Below are positions 61,034 through 64,000 of a DNA stretch of 64,000 bases, piece after piece. The position numbers and the translations under genes are program-made. Below the pieces are notes generated by a model that had not been told where the DNA came from, searched no databases, and worked only from the letters and a program-made list of their open reading frames with translations. Positions within the stretch are counted from its first letter, which is position 1. Each line of letters opens with the position of its first letter. Source of the stretch: Nemertoderma westbladi (Eukaryota; Animalia; Xenacoelomorpha); contig JAUCBJ010004144.1 of the NCBI GenBank assembly GCA_032718475.1, positions 62,001 through 126,000 of the forward strand, written 5' to 3'.

Positions 61034-62629
61034 TGTTACGGTATATGGCGCTGTATCCACATTATTAGCCATCATACAGTATAATATGTTTGTTATTGTG
61101 CAGTACAATTATTTAGATAAGGCATAGTGCGGTGACATTTAGATAAGGGAGTTAAAACGCCCATATATTTTGAATTCATCCATTTTGTATAGTATGTAGC
61201 CCTATCTATGTAATTTTGTATTAGGATATAGGTAGATAGTCCCAGGGTAGCAAGTTTCTTGTTGGACCCTGGATACGGGCTTGCTGTTATTAGCCTCGAC
61301 ATGGCTAGCATCCAGGAACGCAATCCTAACCATTCAGCAGCCAGGGACGTGATCCATTACCATATATGGTAATAATTTGCGATTTTGGGAGCATGAGGTT
61401 CACAATCCGGCTTCCTTATTGGCCCAGCTGTTCCAGGTTGGTCTGATGGTGGGGCGGATTGGGGAGCCAATGAGAGAAATATTGCGTCATCCCTGTTGCA
61501 TCACCTATAAATTGGCTGTATTTCCGGTATGTGCATCTAGTTCTAGTTATCTAGTTATCTTAATCTTAATCTCTCAATCTAGTACCAGTGGCAGTATTGT
61601 AGTTTTGTTTCTGGTTAATTGTTAATCTTTCGTCTATCTTTCTGTTTTCTCAATCAATAACTGCAAATTACAATTTTGAATTATGGTTTCTACTTTGATT
61701 ATTAATTCCTATGTGATTTAAGGATTGCTATTGTGGATTGCGAATTGCGAATTGCGTGAATTGCGAATTGCGTGCATTGCGAATTGTGTAAGTGCGGATT
61801 GTACAATTGCGAAAAACAAGTGCCTAAGATTACGAACGCTTAGATAGGCGCTATTTTCCCTTTGATTGATTTCTATTTCTTAGTTTACTGTAAATAATTA
61901 CTGATTAGGTCAAAGTAATACAGTATTTTAGGCTGTTACATATTTGTGACTGTAATTAATTAGTAAAATTAAGAATTAGTACGCAGCATAGCGGAGAGTA
62001 GCTAAGGTAATAATTAGAGTACCGTAAACTATTCACGCTGAGTGGTTATTTGAATTAGCGGGCAATAAGCTAGATCGCAGTATTCAGTACGCAAAACGCA
62101 TTAGTAATTTGCTGGCCTAAAGCCAGCCGCAGACAAGTTTAGTCCCACTATAGGTATTAGCCCAAATAAACACTGTACCGATTTGATTATTTAAATATTC
62201 TCGCATTCACACATTCCGTTAGGGAAACCCAGTATTCGCGATTAGAAAGGACGTAGGCATTGGCGTACTTTAACAGTAAGATTAGGCCATAAGAATATAC
62301 TCTGAGTGTAAGACCTCTCACACTCGTCTTAAGTCAGCTTAGGGAGTCAATTCGGGTTTGTTGTTTTGGTTATTCCCGCGTGGCTCATATATTCGAACAG
62401 TTAGCTCTCTATCGAGTAATTGGTAGAGAAAGGAACAAGAAATTAGCAGGAGCCATAGAAAATTAGTAAAACATATTAGCGGACGGTAGGCGAGCGCCAT
62501 CCAACGGTAAGTAGCGGTTTTGTATTTAGCAACCCCTTACATTAGCAATAATACGCTCCTGATTGCCCTGTCTAATAAATAGAGCAGTTTTGTGTCTTTA
62601 TTGGTTAGGCCGGGGTAGTTTGTTTAACA
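61034..62629 (+). mobile_element. Element C 3' LTR (1596 bp)
   Basis: TGTTACGG...GTTTAACA followed by TSD GTATA. Confidence 0.93.
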
Positions 62630-62634
62630 GTATA

Positions 62635-63176
62635 TGTGTACAAGCTGATCATTTCTACTTAGTTACCATAGTCTATATTTCTATTTATATTATATATTAT
62701 ATTATATATTCAGTATATTTGTGCTTGCTGTACTCTAGTTAATTGACTTGTGCAGAAATGAAATTGAATTTTTGGGTTCAGTCGACAGGAAATTGAGCAG
62801 ATATTAAACTTTTTGTTTAACGAATAATTCAATTTGATATGTAATAATGTATTTAATATGTTTAATGTTAAACAAAAAATTTAATGTGATTTATACTTTA
62901 TAGTGCTGTTTTAGAATTTGTAAATTTTGGTTCGTAAATCTGATTACTTTTGTGATTTTTCCTCTTTTTCTTTAATTGAAATTGTGCTGTGATTGATTGC
63001 AGGTAATATAAATCATTATTGTCGTTTATTTTTGGTCCAAAATAGATATACATTTACTTATTTATTACATAATAACTATATAAAATCCTACATTATATTA
63101 TTGTGCTATTTATGTCTGTCTAACTGTACGTGCATAATTATTTCTTATTCACTGTACGATAATAACAATAATAATA
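62635..63176 (+). mobile_element. LINE 3' remainder: last codons, AT-rich 3' UTR and (AAT)n-like tail
   Basis: TGTGTACAAGCTGA completes MCTS*; AATAACAATAATAATA at 63161-63176. Confidence 0.75.
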
Positions 63177-64000
63177 GACTTACCGTATTTTAGTAATTTA
63201 GTATTTTTGTATTACTGTATGTGCATTTGTAATCCTCTTCACTGTAGATAGTGACAGCGGTGGAATTCCATTGTCTTTATATGTGAACATGGAGGAGGGT
63301 AGTACCCTTATGTATCACATAGGAGCGGGATTGAGTGTACAGTAGGAATTGAATTCCACTTGGAACCCACAAGTGAGACAATTTTTAAAAAATTATTAGA
63401 CAAATCCATTTAGTTGGATTTAAATTTAAGAAAAATGATTCTCCAGTGAATGCGAATTCTAGAATACAGCTAGTTAAAAATTAAAATTGGGGAAGACAAG
63501 AGCGGATGGAAGGCTTGCGAGCCTACCGATAAATTTTTTTGGAAAAAGAAAATCGGCCTTGTTCTACGTAGTCGTGTCTACTATTATTTAGACCGAATTA
63601 ATTCTCGACTGAATTATTTTTATTGGGAAAGTAGTTTGGGAAATTAAAAGGTGAGTATTTTAGACTCGCGGCTAGTTTACCCGGAATTCGTTTTTTATCG
63701 GCACAATTATTTGGATTAGGAGCCAGTGCGAAATCACGCGAACCCGAAGTCATTAGGCAAATGGGTTTGGGTTTTAGAGCAAAGTTGAGCCAAAAGCCGA
63801 CAAACTCTAAGTCACCTCACATCTAACCTCTGTTTGTGCTTCCTCTAGTAGAAACACTACATATACAGGGATTCACGCAGGAACAGGAGCACCAGGCACC
63901 GTTTAATCGTTATGGAGCCAAAACTTTAACGTGTTTGGAGTGGAGAGTATGGCTAGGAGTACAGCCAAGCTCGCTAAATCCAAGACGGATCCAAACATCA
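63177..64000 (+). mobile_element. Probable post-pol region of element A resuming after the LINE
   Basis: Carries the element A 20-mer at 63508. CATAGGAGCGGG and GACAA-T/A-tract patches resemble the element C post-pol region (50838-50940). Confidence 0.6.

Larger units (their letters stand above)
53899..61529 (+). repeat. Tandem duplicate of 46219-53898 (pol, RTE insert, 3' region, LTR start)
   Basis: Near-identical ORF translations at an offset of ~7680 bp (for example 47796 vs 55477 and 48035 vs 55716). Confidence 0.97.
38101..62629 (+). mobile_element. BEL/Pao element C, full-length with internal tandem duplication, inserted into the LINE
   Basis: Termini TGTTA...TAACA; TSD GTATA at 38096-38100 and 62630-62634. 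Removing the element restores the LINE C-terminus DYMFLYMCTS*. Confidence 0.95.

Noticed and set aside
63991-64000. CCAAACATCA at the window end as the 3' terminus of the element A LTR
   Set aside because: The upstream sequence does not match 12100-12690; probably coincidental.

Overview
Eukaryotic (probably invertebrate) repeat-dense DNA with no host protein-coding gene that I can support. Positions 1-12099 are a tandem satellite of 30 full monomers (~416 bp, plus six 355-bp deletion variants) with local higher-order periodicity. The remaining ~52 kb is a nest of retroelements that can largely be reassembled from target-site duplications (TSDs). BEL/Pao element A (LTR at 12100, gag to ~17705, pol 32428-36890, 3' region resuming at ~63177) encloses BEL/Pao element B and a LINE. 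Element B carries a CRE-like RLE retroposon (TSD ACATTTTCCTG), a small deleted Ty3/Gypsy (TSD CAAAT) and a foldback DNA element. The LINE is split by BEL/Pao element C (38101-62629, TSD GTATA, 1.6-2 kb LTRs, a 7.7-kb internal tandem duplication, an RTE-like fragment and an unclassified 1.18-kb insert). The most interesting signals are cis-elements and accessory features of these BEL/Pao elements: a 20-nt quasi-palindrome found in three reading frames and in non-coding DNA, a post-pol exon with a CxxC..CxxH motif behind a splice acceptor, a hairpin pair with a compensatory change, a tRNA-type Pol III promoter inside an LTR, dense sense-strand U1-type motifs and non-canonical primer-binding sites. 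Family names come from motif recognition by eye; no database search was run.
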